Part shown: one piece after another, positions 12,931 to 27,085 of the stretch
Numbering within the stretch: the first letter of the stretch is position 1
Layout: each line of letters begins with the position of its first letter
DNA from: Eledone cirrhosa
Lineage: Eukaryota
Assembly: GCA_964016885.1 (NCBI GenBank)
Contig: OZ024755.1
Location: 18,352,001 to 18,416,000, forward strand
DNA: 64,000 bases
Direction: 5' to 3'
Program-made: the position numbers and the translations under genes
The notes under the pieces: model-generated
What the model was told of the DNA's origin: nothing
Database searches by the model: none
Seen by the model: only the letters and a program-made list of their open reading frames with translations

Positions 12931-15484
12931 TAGGGGAGTGAATTGGCAGTAGAGGTAGAGAAAAAGCACCCAGTCCATCCTATAAGGTGGTTGTGCTGGT
13001 GACACAACTAAAAGCACCTAGTCCCACCCTGTTAAGTGGTCATTTCGGTGCCACAATAAAAAAAGGGGGGCAAAGGGGGCAATTAGTCCAAGCCCCCTGC
13101 AGTGGTGTGGGGGGAGGGGGGGTGTAACCAGCGACAGCCGTAGCAATTTATTTGTACCCTCAGCTGGGCTTTTTACTTTTAGGATGGTTAGAATATTAGA
13201 ATTTCATACCTGTATGTATAACTTTTCAATTCCAATTACTTGCAACAAGCTAACTTTGATATGTAAAATTAGGGGGTTTGCTGTGTATTCTAATTTTTTT
13301 GTGTATGAGCCTCTTCAAACTGAAAGTGCCCCAGGCCCCCCAAGGTCTAAATTCAATCCTGGATATGACTGATTAAATCAAACCCAGTGTATTACTGGAA
13401 CTAAATGGAATGAAAGGTAAAGTTGCCATTAATAGGATTTCAACTAAAACCAGAAATGAAAATTACTAAAAAGCCAGACACAGAGTCTGCTATTCTTTCG
13501 TCTATGTTCACTCATTGTCTTTTCAGCTATAAAATAATAATTATATAGAAGCCCCCAAAACAAATTCGATTATATCATCTGTAGAACATTATAAAACTGA
13601 TTAAAATCAATAGATCAATATCTAACTTAAACCATGTGGAAAAAACAGGATTTAAAAATATTAGTGTAAATTTACTTCCAGTTTAGTATCGTTATTTTAA
13701 AATATAACTGAATTATTTGAAAACATCTATTTTTCTCTCCATGTGAAAATATGGATGTTAATATGGATGTTAAACGGTGATGATGATGATCCTGTCCAAA
13801 TAGATGTAAACCAGTGATGATGGTAATACATACATATATGCCTGACTGAGCATATGACATCCTCTCTAGGTCTGGTGCCATGATAAAACACACCCAGTTC
13901 ACACCAAACTCTGTAAAGTGGATGGTGAATGAATGGAGACAATGTAGGATCAGAGAAGACCCTCCAGTCTGGCTGTCTATATAATAACCTCTCTATTGCT
14001 TGTGCCATTATGAAATGCACCCTGTACACCCTGTAAGGTGGTTGGTGTTAACAAGAGCATCAAGTGATAGGAACTATACCAAATATGGAACATATGAACA
14101 TGACGACCTTTCGATTGCAAGCCCAATGCTCTAACCACCAAGCCATGTGCCTCCATATATATATATATCAAAATTTAATATAGAAATGGCTTCTACAGGA
14201 CTAGAACTGTTTCATTTGAAGGAAATCACCAGGAAAAATCTGATAATTTCCTTCGAAAGAAACAGTTCTAGTCTTGTAGAAGCCATTTCTATATTAAATT
14301 TTGTTGTATACACTCTACTAATGTATTGAGTACCTTACAATGGTTACCTGATTGAACCCGGGACCCCCCTCCACACACACTGTGTGTGATAACATTGGTT
14401 AACATGAAGCAATGTGTGATAACTCACAAACCATTGGTTAAGAGAGAGCTGTGTGTGATAACATTTGCCTCATGTGTCTTGTACTGAGGTTGAACCCAGA
14501 AACATGATTTCAAAGCAAACCTATCCACACAACCACACTAGCTCTGAATTATGTTTACATTATACTCAATGTGTAGATAGTTACAATACATATAAAGAGA
14601 AACAGTGTGAAAACTGATTTAGTAACACACCCTGAATATAAGCTCTTCCTAATATTGATTGATCTACTTAGTGTCATAATGACTCCTTAGATTGGAACAA
14701 GGCCATAGATTTGTGGAGGATGGTGTACAGGAAATTAAATTGATCTCATTACAAAATTTCTTCTTATCCACCCTGAATGGATGATAAAAATAAATTAGGT
14801 GGGATTTGAACTCGGAATTTAGAAATACATTGTTTTAACACTTTTAATATCAACCCCATGAAACTACCTTTGGTTCCATACCATGATATAAAACTGCTTA
14901 TTTTAAAGTGTTTCTATTCATCTAAAAAAACCTTCCATCATAATTTTACATAATGCTGCAAACCTATTTATTTTAATAAATCCCTCCAAATTCTTCATTA
15001 TTTTCAAAATGATTTGAAAATAATTGCAGTCGCTTTCATTACAAATATAATAATGAAAGGATTAAACACTTAACTACTCAGACTAGAACCTTATTAGGTG
15101 CCCAGCATGATATGCCAGAGGTAATTTTGCACTCCTTTGCAACAATGACTCCCTCTCCACATACCCACTACTGTTTCTATTATTCTACATCCCTGGTACT
15201 ACCATAATTACTCTACAATAATTACACTGTAATAATTAGTCACAAAGCCTCATATTCAGAAAGTTGTTAATTTATTTTATTTTTCCATTTTTATAAAAAT
15301 CTGCTGAAAAAAAAAAATGAAAATGTTGCAAAATATTTATTTATTTATTCATTTATCTGTTATTAAGGTGACACATTGGTCGAATTGTCAGAACCCCTAG
15401 AATAAATCCCTTGCAGAATTTAGCTGTTTTTTCATCTATATTCTGAAGGGTTGATTGTTTTCTATCTCTATAGAGTTGATTACT

Positions 15485-15676
15485 TACTATATATTCTCAA
15501 ATATAAGCAACCCCACTATTTTATGTTTGAGAAATGGGCAAAAATCCAAACCTTATTTACATAGAATTTGGAGTTGGTGAAAATAGTCAAAATATTGACT
15601 CCAAATATAAGCTGACCCCTACTATCATCGATGTTTTTGGTCACAAATTCCTTGGCTTATATTTGAATATAAGGTA
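15485..15676. mobile_element. Degenerate pogo/Tc2-like MITE
   Basis: Imperfect TIRs tactatatattctcaaatataagc...gcttatatttgaatataaggta with TA ends. Confidence 0.55.
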
Positions 15677-15777
15677 ATTAGCAGACATGTGCTGGGGCTA
15701 ATCCAAATCACTGATAAACAAATTTGCGGATTTGTGTTATTGTAAGAAATAACTATTAATATCAATATTTAATATAA

Positions 15778-16208
15778 GGGTTTGGCAGTAATTGGCAGAG
15801 TGTCAGACAACACGCTTTATGGCCTAAAGTTACGGCCCTTTACAATCTGAGTTCAAATCCTGCCGAGATTAGCTTAGTCTTTCATCGTCATGGGGGTTGA
15901 TAAAATAAAGTACCAGTAATGCACTGGAGTCCATTTAATTGACTTTCCTCTTCCCCAAAATTGTTGACCTTGTGCCTAAATCAAAAACAAATACTAATTT
16001 TTAATATGAAATATTGACAATTGTTTCTACGTTAGGCACAAGGCCAGCAAATACCCAGTGTATTACTGGTACTTTATTTTATCAACCCCGTAAGGATGAA
16101 AGGCAAAGTTAACCTCGGCGGGATTTGAACTCAGAATGCCAAGGGCCGTAACTCTATGCGTCAAAGCATGGCATCAGACACTCTACCAATACTGCCAATC
16201 CACCGCCT
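15778..16208. mobile_element. Two family A SINEs, tail-to-tail (+ then -)
   Basis: + copy at ~15778-15990; - copy at 16019-16207 with TSD tatgaaatattgaca. Confidence 0.85.
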
Positions 16209-17483
16209 ATGAAATATTGACATAATGTTTCAGTTTTGTAGAGGGGTATATCTATATTGATTATAACAACCTCAGTATTTGATTGGTATTTTAGTTTATT
16301 GGCCCCAGAAAGATGAAAAAGAAATCATTCTAACTATTACCCTAATCATCATTATAAAAAAAATATTTTTTCAATGGAAATCTTTTACAATTTATTCAGG
16401 TCATGTTAATATCTTCCTTCTGTCTTATTTTTCAAATATTTGCTTTTTTTCCTCTAAATTCAATTCAAATGTTAAAAAAACGTAGTTGTAGCAAGTTTTA
16501 ACAATAGCACTGTAATGACCTTCAGTCATGAAAGTACACATCCTGTTTTCCACAAACCTATTGTATTAGGACTTTTTACACACACACACATATACAAGAC
16601 ATTTCCTACTAAATTACCATCCTGCTATTACAGTGACAACACAAATAATAAGAATATCTCAGTCACATCTTCTTACAGAACATTAACATTCAATTTAAAC
16701 TCAGGATTGTTCAACTTGGAGTGAATCAGTGATTGGTTTATTGGGAACTTATAACCAATGATGTTAGTCTTCACAAACATGATTTAAATAAATAAATAGA
16801 CAACCTCTCCTGTACACTTGGTAGAACATGGGACCGTACATAAGCAAAACAACAGATCCCTTGGCTTGTCTGGGACATCAGTAGCCACTACTTCAGTATT
16901 GACTTGGTCTATGTAGACCTGTCCAACCCTTACTAGCAGGGAAAGTGGCTGTTAAAAAGGCGATGATGATGAAATAAATAAATGAATTTTTTTTTTTTGA
17001 GAAATCCACCTAGTCTTTCCACCCTCAATATCTAAAAAGGTTTTATGGAGCTCTAAATGTTATTTTTCCCTTTTTAGACTTCTATATAAAATAAAATGAT
17101 TTTCTCAGTAAACTGAAACCAGCAGTTTAACCTTTATTCATGAAAGGGGTTTATAGCTAAAGGGTAAAGTGGGAAACAGGTTTGTACACTTCACTATTTT
17201 TCTATACAGATATGGTTTTTCAATTTTTAATGATATCACTCTGAACAAACATTTCATTCTATGATATCAATAGTTCATTTCCTTTTAAAGTCTTTCAATA
17301 TTTATTCTCATTTCACCAATGTTCCAAACTAATAATTACTTAAATGTTTTAATCTTGTAGCAAGCCATACCACTGTCAGAAATAACCTACATAGTTGTGA
17401 CATCTCAACTGAAAATCATCTTTTATAAGACATGTAGTTAGTTAGTAGAGTATATTTAGATTAGTATAAATAATATGAATTAC

Positions 17484-17629
17484 CTCATCGAGAGGAGCCA
17501 GCCCCAACTGTGAAGTACGGGTGCTGTGACACTTGTCTGGTAAACTGTAATCCATTGAGACTTCTGATTCGTCCGAAGAATCGTCATTTGTTGAATGCTG
17601 TGAGAGCAAATCAGAAAGTGGATCACTTC
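17484..17629 (-). CDS. SPATA13: Internal coding exon (phase 1 in, phase 0 out) of an Asef/SPATA13/ARHGEF4-like RhoGEF: (G)SDPLSDLLSQHSTNDDSSDESEVSMDYSLPDKCHSTRTSQLGLAPLDE
   Basis: Acceptor tcttttctcttgtgatttcag and donor GAG|gtaatt; 146 nt = 2+48 codons; non-repetitive. Peptide resembles (from memory) SPATA13 DDNGSEEDFSYEDL...EQLAINE, which precedes the SH3 domain. The exon call is firmer than the symbol. Confidence 0.7.
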
Positions 17630-18330
17630 CTGAAATCACAAGAGAAAAGACAACATATTTAGCCATTAGCAGAGAGAAATATACACACTGGAGAGCAGAA
17701 AACATCATATACACAAATTTCTTTCCTTTTTTTTTTAACAGAATCGACAAGATCCCAGACCTCATTTGCGAGGTGGCACTCATCAGATCGGATCAAGGAA
17801 ACGATGTTTCCATTGGTCTTTCCAATAGCTGATACTATCTATTGGTCACAATATTTCAAAATAGTATAATGATATTAAAAAGAAAATGAAACAAAAATAC
17901 AATAAAACTTACAGTTGATTTATGAGACAACCTCCTCCTCCTCCCCACTTTAACCTAACCATGTTTAGAGATGTGGTTTACAGCCAATGCTGTATTTAAT
18001 AGTAATGTTTATATCTATGTCTAACTATAGATAAACATTTTACACTAATAACACAATCTTGTGTTCACTCGAATTATATTCAAAGTGAAGTGAATCTCTT
18101 CACTTCACTGTATAAAAATAAAAAATTGAAAAACCCTGACAACAGGATGTATAAGTAATCCAGTGATGATGATGATGATGGTGAGGATGATCGTTGTCAT
18201 GATGATGGTGATGATGATATCTATCATGATGAAACAGTGTCCAACTATGGTTATATTTATTATTACATCACATAAACCAAGTGTGGTGTCAAACACTGAC
18301 CAGTTTTATATATGATAGGCAGACAAAAGA

Positions 18331-18535
18331 CAAGGGTGCGCTAAAAAGTTCATCGGCTAACTAAACTATGAAGGACTGATGCTAGAGCTGTGAAATCTTG
18401 CATGCATTAATTTCAACTCTTCTTATTAATAACTGTATTGTTTCTTTCCAGGGAATATTTTGAAAAATAAACTTCATTTGGTCATTCCATGAGAGTATCT
18501 TGGTCAGCCTATGAACTTTTCAGCAGACTCTTGTA
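18331..18535. mobile_element. mariner-like MITE
   Basis: Imperfect TIRs caagggtgcgctaaaaagttcat...atgaacttttcagcagactcttg|ta. Confidence 0.65.
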
Positions 18536-19118
18536 TTTTAGGTTAAGAAAACACTATAGTGGGTGTCTGAAATGGGATGTGGTGACTTATTGCAACTTTT
18601 ATTGACTTATAACAACTTTTATTATGACTTATTGTGACGTTTATTGCAACATACTGTGACTTTTACTGTGACCTATTGCGACTTTTGGCAATAAATCTTT
18701 TGTTGCAAAACTACAAGATAGTATTTATTTATTTGTATAAATTTAAGAAGTTTCATAATGATTTTAATTGCCAATACAGTTTAACAATATTTAAAATAGA
18801 ATTATTCCAAGAAGAGAGAGGGCTGATACCTTTTCATATGCCTCTAGAATCTTTGATAACAATATGATGATAATTTGTCAGAGAGTTGGATTTTTAAAAG
18901 AATTATTAACTCTCAACCATTGTTAGAATTAATTGAAGAACTAAATTGAAGGAATTAATATTTAAAAAAAAAAATACAATATGAATTTTTTTTTATTGAA
19001 TAATAATTAAAAAAAGAAAATAGAGGAGAAAAACAAACAAGCTTAAAAACACTTTCATACAATAATAATTCTGTTGTAAAAATATAGAAGTGAAGTAATA
19101 AAATTTTTTTTTTTTTAC

Positions 19119-19182
19119 CGGTAGAATTTCGAACAAAGTGACGTCGCCACAAAGTACCGTGGGTTGGTGCTAATGTATCCAT
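19119..19182 (-). CDS. Candidate alternative first coding exon MDTLAPTHGTLWRRHFVRNST(G)
   Basis: gtaataATGG start, 21 codons+1 nt, donor CCG|gtaaaa; phase 1 matches the 17629 exon; unique CpG-containing sequence in an AT-rich background. Confidence 0.55.
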
Positions 19183-19395
19183 TATTACTAATACAACAAC
19201 CAGCTTGGTATGGAAGATAATATTGAAGATAGAGTGTTACACTCACAACATTTCAGGTATCAATACAATCCCCAATCATATAGAACAGATTTAGTTAAAT
19301 AATTGAAAGCAGATTTCAGATTAAAAATAAAAATCTTGGTTTAATCCCATGTAGGTTAGTTTTTTTATAATTGGACTAGATAGAACTAGATTATT

Positions 19396-19590
19396 GGGCG
19401 GTGGATTGGTAGAATCGATAGAGCGTCAGACACCATGTTTTGCAGCATGGAGTGATGGCCTTTTAAATTCTGAGTTCAAATCCAGCTGAGGTTGGCTTTG
19501 CTCTTCATCATTACGAGGTCGATAAAATAAAGTACCAGTAATGCACTGGGGTACTTGCTGGCCTTTTGCCAAAAGTAGAAACAATTATTA
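19396..19590 (+). mobile_element. SINE family A
   Basis: gggcggtggattgg...gagttcaaatcc...aaagtagaaacaattatt. Confidence 0.85.
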
Positions 19591-20128
19591 ACATTGATGA
19601 TGATACTCTTAAAAGTAGATGTTAATATAGTAGAAAGTATCATAAACTGAACAAAGATGCATCCTGATGAAAAAAGGTAGGAAATGTTTTGTTTTGTAAT
19701 TACAGGTGTTCAAACCAAAATAACAAGACTGAGAACATAACTCTAGTTTCCTCATTCTACCAATAATATTCCTTATGATATTTTAAATAGTAGAAGAGAA
19801 GGACAGAGTGTTTGCCTGCCATGAAGACAATATAGTTGACTTTGACTGAAATATCTTCCAACAAAAATGTTACACTCCTTGATGTCCGACTTGTTTACTA
19901 ACACCACTATACTTATTGTTGTAAGTAGTACTACAAAACAAACATCTTGCTTTTAAAGGGCATGTATGTGTGTGTATGTGTGTGTATAGTGTGTATACTG
20001 TGTGTATGTGTGTGTATAGTGTGTATAGTGTGTATACTTGTGTGTGTTAGTGAGAACTGGGAATATGTATATTAAGGAATGAAAGAGTAAATATGAGACA
20101 GGAAATTGAAAAAAAGATATAGAGGTGT

Positions 20129-20161
<33 letters not shown>

Positions 20162-20379
20162 GAGAGAAAATGAGTGAAGAAAGGAAGGAGTGTATGTATG
20201 TATGCATATATATATGTGTGTGTGTGTGTGTGAAATTATTTTACATGATATAAGTAGAAAATTAATGTTTCGTTGTTTCTCAGGCAAGTTCAGAGAAAAA
20301 TACTTTGTTTAAACTGTAATTATTAGTTTTTTTCTTCTAAAAGTAACCCCAACATTACATTAAGCTCAACACACACATA

Positions 20380-20670
20380 TACACAAGTATGCATGGACAG
20401 ACAGGCACATACATACACAAATATGCATGGACAGACAGGCACATATATACACAAGTATGCATGGACAGACAGGCACATATATACACAAGTATGCATGGAC
20501 AGACAGGCACATATATACACAAGTATGCATGGACAGACAGGCACATACATACACAAATATGCATGGACAGACAGGCACATATATACACAAATATGCATGG
20601 ACAGACAGGCACATATATACACAAGTATGCATGGACAGATAGGCACATACATACACAAATATGCATGGAC
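20380..20670. repeat. 34-bp minisatellite, ~8 copies
   Basis: Unit acacaagtatgcatggacagacaggcacatatat. Confidence 0.92.
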
Positions 20671-21184
20671 ACATACACACACACAGATACATGGATACAC
20701 ACATACATACAGGCATGCATTGCACACAGAGATGCACACACGTACATGCATGCATGCTTACACACACACACACACACACACACACAAAGACCCTGACTCC
20801 CACCCACACACACACGCACACACTCATTATTAACTTCCAGCAGACAAGATTGGTTTAGTTAATTTAGTAATTATAGACCTTCACTGTTAAATGACTCATT
20901 AGAATCTCATTTTGTCAGACATTGTTCTAGGAAATAACAATTATAAGTGGAACTCAAGAATGTTTAAGACCATTTCATTCAAAATTCTACTATATTGTCC
21001 ATGTTTTCAATGGGTTGGAAGAATCTAAAAATTTGGATATTTGCTTCTAACAAATATTTTATGGCTATGACACAGTGTAACTGGTAGGCTCTATCTCTGT
21101 AAATTAATCCTATTGATACTAAACTGCCCGATCTGCCCTTTATTCTACAACACAAAACTTTGTTTTAAAGTGTTTGTCATACAC

Positions 21185-21900
21185 AGATCTGATAGAGGAC
21201 TATGATAAATAGATCTGATACAGGACTATGATAAATAGATGTGATAGAGGACTATAATAAATAGATCTGATAGAGGACTATGATAAATAGATGTGACAGA
21301 GGACTATGATAAATAGATCTGATAGAGGACTATGATAAATAGATGTGATAGAGGACTATGATAAATAGATCTGATAGAGGACTATGATAAATAGATGTGA
21401 TAGAGGACTATGATAAATAGATCTGATAGAGGACTATGATAAATAGATGTGATAGAGGACTATGATAAATAGATCTGATAGAGGACTATGATAAATAGAT
21501 GTGATAGAGGACTATGATAAATAGATCTGATAGAGGACTATGATAAATAGATGTGATAGAGGACTATGATAAATAGATGTGATAGAGGACTATAATAAAT
21601 AGATCTGATACAGGACTATGATAAATAGATCTGATAGAGGACTATGATAAATAGATCTGATACAGGACTATGATAAATAGATCTGATAGAGGACTATGAT
21701 AAATAGATGTGATAGAGGACTATGATAAATAGATCTGATAGAGGACTATGATAAATAGATCTGATACAGGACTATGATAAATAGATCTGATAGAGGACTA
21801 TGATAAATAGATCTGATACAGGACTATGATAAATAGATGTGATGGAGGACTATGATAAATAGATATGACAGAGGACTATGATAAATAGACGTGATAGAAG
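21185..21900. repeat. 26-bp minisatellite, ~27 copies
   Basis: Unit agat[c/g]tgatagaggactatgataaat. Confidence 0.95.
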
Positions 21901-22008
21901 ACTGATGACAGCCAACATCGCTTGGCATGGACGTGAAAAAGCCGCTGCTGATCGTGACCATTGGTGACCACTTACTGCTCGATGCACTGAAAGGCATGGA
22001 AGAACCTA
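21885..22008 (+). mobile_element. RTE-clade LINE 3' end remnant
   Basis: Translates (one frameshift, one stop) to IDVIE-LMTANIAWHGREKAAADRDHW*PLTARCTERHGRT*, like the RTE ORF C-terminus (W..A.DR..W). Confidence 0.6.
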
Positions 22009-22812
22009 AGAACCTAGGACAATAATAAGCAGAAGAAAGCTGAGTATTGGGCCCTAATGGACATTAAACTTCATGCTAAAATTCCTCACTGAGTTTGATA
22101 ATGATCATCTGGCTAAAAAAATCTCTTCATATGTCTTGCAGTGGTAGGCTCTCTCATTCATCATCATAACACCACCACACCTTTTTTTGTTTTTCCAACA
22201 TAGACGAGGTGTGAGAGCAAATGCACTGCTGTTATTCTCTACACACTTTTCCTTAGTCCAAGAAAACTAAAACCAATCAATAGTTACACAGATAAAAACC
22301 CAATACCTATCAAGTAATGTCTAGCTTACTACAAATAGTAACTAAAGCTATTAAGTATTGTAGAAATAGAATAATGATATTACATATCCACTAAGAAATA
22401 TTTGGAAATAAATACCTCAATCTCCTTGCCAAATAAATGGCAAGCAATAATCAGCTGGTGTATGATTTATTAACCATTCACATAGCTGTAATTAGCACAA
22501 AATCAGTCAAAATGGTAAACTGAAGCCATAAAATCAGTTTTATTATAGGAACAACAAAGGACTCAATAACACGTGTATAACTTTCAAATCTTTGTCACAC
22601 AAATTCTTTTCCAAAATTAAATAGAAAATTTCAAGATGTGAGTGGATGTGTTGAAATATTCTCTGAGCTACAATGATCTCTTTTGATACCAGCCTGGCTA
22701 ACACTGGTTCTGGATCTATGAAACAAAATCCCCCATTTTAAAGGGTTCGTATTTAAATTTAAATCTTCCAACATAATGTTATATAAGAACCAAATGTTAA
22801 GTTACTATCTTA

Positions 22813-23795
22813 ATAATTGTTTCTACTTTTGGCACAAGGCCAGCAATTACTCCAGTGCATTACTGGTACTTTATTTTATCGACCCCGTAAGGATGAAAGG
22901 CAAAGTTAACCTCGGTGGGATTTGAACTCAGTCCGTAAAGGGACGTAACTATGCTAGAAAGCATGGCTTCCGACCCTCTACCGATACTGCCAATCCACTA
23001 TCTTAATAATAAAAGAATGAATAATTCCAGTAAATCCCTTCAGTAATTCATTGAAATAGATTGTATTTCATAAGATATACGGTAATAATTGGTTGGACAA
23101 CAAGATACTGTGATTGGGTGGTGAACAATAACCAGGTGTGGTGTTGGGAAGTAGTGGCTAAATTAAACCTGAGAATAGTAGGTTCAGATGATGAGGGATG
23201 GAAATAGATGAGATGTTGTGCAGATGTATCTGAGCCATGAAGGACAAAATAAGGATTTCTATTTTCAGCACAAGGCCAGCGCATTACTGGTGCTTTGTTT
23301 TATCGACCAACCTCCGTAAGGATGAAAGGGAAAGTTAACCTCGGCGGGATTTGAACTCAGATTGCAAAGAGCTGTAATTCTATGCTGAAGGATAAAATAA
23401 TGGTTTCTGATTTAGACACAAGGTCAACAATTTGGGAGGAGGTGAAAGTTGATTAAATCGACATCAGTGTGTTACTGGTACCTTATTTTATCGACCATGT
23501 AATAATTGTTTCTACTTTAGGCACAAGGCCAGCAAATTACCCAGTGCATTGCTGGTACTTTATCTTATCGACCATGTAATAATTGTTTCTACTTTAGGCA
23601 CAAGGCCAGCAAATTAACCAGTGCATTACTGGTACTTTATTTTATCGACCCCGTAAGGATGAAAGGCAAAGTCAACCTCGGCGGCATTAATGAAAGGCAA
23701 AGCTAACCTCAGCAGGATTTGAACCCAAGTAAAGGGATGCAATAATATGCTGCAAAGCATGTTGTCCAATGCTCTACCGCTTACTGCCAATCCAT
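22813..23795 (-). mobile_element. Cluster of family A SINEs and partial tandem duplicates
   Basis: Full copy at 22813-22998 with TSD actatcttaataat; partial or duplicated copies at 23255-23795. Confidence 0.85.
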
Positions 23796-23873
23796 CTGTT
23801 ATCCATTAATAAAACAATAAAACTGCTCATTAATTAAAATTACACTAACAGAAGAAAGGCTATAGTTGAAGTA

Positions 23874-24102
23874 TTAACCCTTTAGCATTTACATTATTCT
23901 ATATATACTTTTGTATTTTCATGGTAAAGGCTTTACCTCCAGTAATTACCTCACATAATATCAAATCTATAAGGTTTTGATATTATTTATTTTGAGAAGA
24001 ATACCATCACATCAGTATGAGTGGTTAGTTACAGCCAGTTTGAACAGAAGGAGGTGAGACAATTCTGGCCGGATATGGCCGGTATAAATGCTAAAGGGTT
24101 AA
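23874..24102. mobile_element. piggyBac-like MITE, family 1
   Basis: TTAA CCCTTTAGCATTTA...TAAATGCTAAAGGG TTAA. Confidence 0.85.
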
Positions 24103-25314
24103 AGCCATTTAAAAGTAAGCAGGTAGCTATATTAAACTGAAAGGTGAGAGGTCATAAGTTAAGTAATAATTAGTTAACATGAGATGTTTACCATAAACCA
24201 AGTGCCATAACAAAAAGGTTAATCCTGTAGACTTACTAAAAACTACAGATTACTAAATTACAACAGATCAATTGTAACTTAATCACACGTGACTACAACA
24301 TTACACACGCGCGCGTGTGTGTGTGTGTGTGTGTGTGTATGACATTACACATGTGATCTATATACAAATGTCTGGTTTGGCACATAAAATAATCCTTCAT
24401 ATAAAAATAAAGAAAACAACTTCAGCTCAGCTCTGACCTATCAAATCTTTTATCAAAGACATCCAACACCATAACCATTTCCTGTTATTTTTAGACAGCA
24501 TATTTAAAACTATCTTATCTAATATGAACCTCTCTACTTTTTAAAGACAGCCGAGGGTGATTTGAGTAAAAGGATATTTGGCTGCTATTTCTAACACATT
24601 GAGTGGCTTGTTGTTTTGCAAAAGATGTATATAGTTATGGTAAATTTCTTTATATTTCTTAACACCTTGTGAAGATTAAACCATTCCACTTTTTTACCTA
24701 ATATACTGTAATATACATCATCAACATTGTTTAATGGCGATTTTTTCATGCTAGTATGGGTTAGACAAGTTGTCCAGATGACCATGTCTTGCTCACACTG
24801 GACCGAACTACTAAAATCAACCAAAAAACATGTTGAACATTACTAAGAGCAGTAAATAGCTCTATGTTATAATTTAGACATAAATAACAGCTGGTCAAAA
24901 CAGAAGAAAATAGCTATAACCTTCCATTTAAAGAATAAGTCCCAATGGTATATTTTAATAGTTATTTATATTAGATATTCACCTATGTGTGAAGTGTTAT
25001 GTTGCATGGCTCTAAAACATGGGCAGTGATTGTGGAAGGTATATGCAAGTTGGAGAGAAATAGTACATTTTGTCAAGTAGAATGGTATATTTTGTCATAT
25101 GACAGTCTTATCATTTTAGTTGACTGTAGAACTCTGGAAAGTATTGACAAATAGGTGTAGTGAATGTTAGATGCTGCTTAGACACCCGTTCCTCAGTCGA
25201 TGTAGACACCCCTTCCTCAGTCGATGTAATCACCCCTTCCTTCCTCAGTCATCTCTAGTGTGTGACGGACAACTACAGAAGGCTTTTATATGACTAGATG
25301 ATGATAAAGACTAA

Positions 25315-25800
25315 TGGATTAGCAATATCAGTAGAGCATCAAACAACATGGTTTGTGACATATAGTTATGGCTCTTTACATTCTAAGTTCAAATCCTGCT
25401 GAGGTTAGCTTTGTCTTTCATTATTATGGGGTGGATTGGCAGTATCGGTAGAGGGTTGGATGCCATGCTCTGACGTATAGGAGTTACAGCCCTTGCCATT
25501 CTGAGTTCAAAACCCGCCGAGGTTAACTTTGCATTTCATCCTTACGGGTCGATAAAATAAAGTACCAGTAATGCACTGGATAATAACTGGCCTTGTGCCA
25601 AAAGTAGAAACAATTATTATGGGGGGGGGGGGTAAAATAAAGTACCAGTAATGCACTGGGTAATTACTGGCCTTGTGCTAAAAGTAGAAACAATTATTAT
25701 GGGGTCGATAAAATAAAGTACCAGTAATGCAACTGGGGGTCGATTTAATTGAATTTCCCCTCCCCCCAAATTGTTGGCCTTGTGCTTAAATCAGAAACTA
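25315..25800 (+). mobile_element. Nested/tandem family A SINEs
   Basis: An older copy interrupted by a younger copy at ~25428-25620 plus a duplicated 3' piece. Confidence 0.8.
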
Positions 25801-26271
25801 TTAGGTATCACAGGTATCGTACGATAATAAAGAGCAGATTCTATCTATAATTGGGTTTTCTTTCAGAATGTTGCAAGAGGTGCCACCCTCCTTCTGAAGA
25901 TCGAATGAAATGTAAGCAAAGAAGCATGAGAAGAAATAATGTTCTAATAATAGAATTTAGAGAGAGATAAGATAATCTAGTGAGTGGTGAAGTAGTGTAA
26001 GAATGTCCAACTGGTGCAAAAGAGAGAGACTCTCTTACGTCACTAAAGAAATGTGTAAAGTATTTGCTCAATGATAAGAGAGCCTCCTCCTACAACGAAG
26101 AGGCAGGAAAGAGAAAGGGAAGAGGGGCGGGGGAAGAAATAAGAGATTAAGAGATTTACCTAATGTCTGTGACATTTGATAAATTAAAACACAATTTTCA
26201 GTAACAACTACTAAATAGGCATCAGCCATAGTAGTAACAAAACTGAAGATACTGTGAGGTGAGATGGTGTT

Positions 26272-26612
26272 CTACTACCGCTACTACTACTACTACTACT
26301 ACCAACAGCACTACTATAACTACCAATAACACTACAACTAATAATACCAATGCTACCACTACTGACACCACTACCATCACCACCACCACTACTATTACCA
26401 CTACTATAACTACCAATAACACTACAACTAATAATACCAACACTACCACTACCGATACCACTACCATCACCACCACTACTACTATAACTACCAATATCAC
26501 CACCACTACTATTACCACCACCACCACCACTACTACTACTACTACTACCACGATTACTATCATCACCAACCCTACTATCACAACAACAATACTGATAATA
26601 ATAATAATAATA
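26272..26612. repeat. (ACT/ACC/AAT)n triplet low-complexity tract
   Basis: Poly-Thr and poly-Val ORFs are artefacts. Confidence 0.9.
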
Positions 26613-27014
26613 ATATTGTTTCTACTTTTGGCACTAGGCCAGCAATTACCCCAGTGTATTACTGGTACTTTATTTTATCGACCCTGTAAGGATGAAAGGC
26701 AAAGTTAAACTTGGCAGGATTTGAACTCAGATCATCAAGAGCTGCAACTCTATGCTGCAAAGCATGGCGTGTGACGCTCTACTGATACTGCCAATATTAA
26801 CCCTTTAGTATTCACATTACTCTATAGATACTATTATATTTTCATGGTAAATGCTTTATCTCACATAATTATCTCACATAATATCGAATCTATGATATTT
26901 TGAAAGTATTTATTTTGAGAACAATACCTTAACATCAGTTTCAGTGACCAGTTACAGCCAGTTTCGACAGAAAAAGGTAGAGAATTCTGGCCGGTTTGAA
27001 CATTAAAGGGTTAA
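26613..27014. mobile_element. SINE family A (-) abutting a piggyBac-like MITE (26797-27014)
   Basis: SINE consensus match, then TTAA CCCTTTAG...TAAAGGG TTAA. Confidence 0.8.
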
Positions 27015-27085
27015 CAGGAATATGAAGCTTGACATTTTTCTTAGAACTGAAGGCATGGGCAACTTTTTCTTGAACAGTGGGCCAA

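Noticed and set aside
17745-17790. CUGAUGA on the minus strand as another hammerhead
   Set aside because: No GAAA in register and no stem I; it overlaps the ATG of the MSATSQ frame.
25890-25918. ctgaagatcgaatgaaatgta hammerhead-like string (similarly 19664-19690)
   Set aside because: No stem II or stem I pairing.
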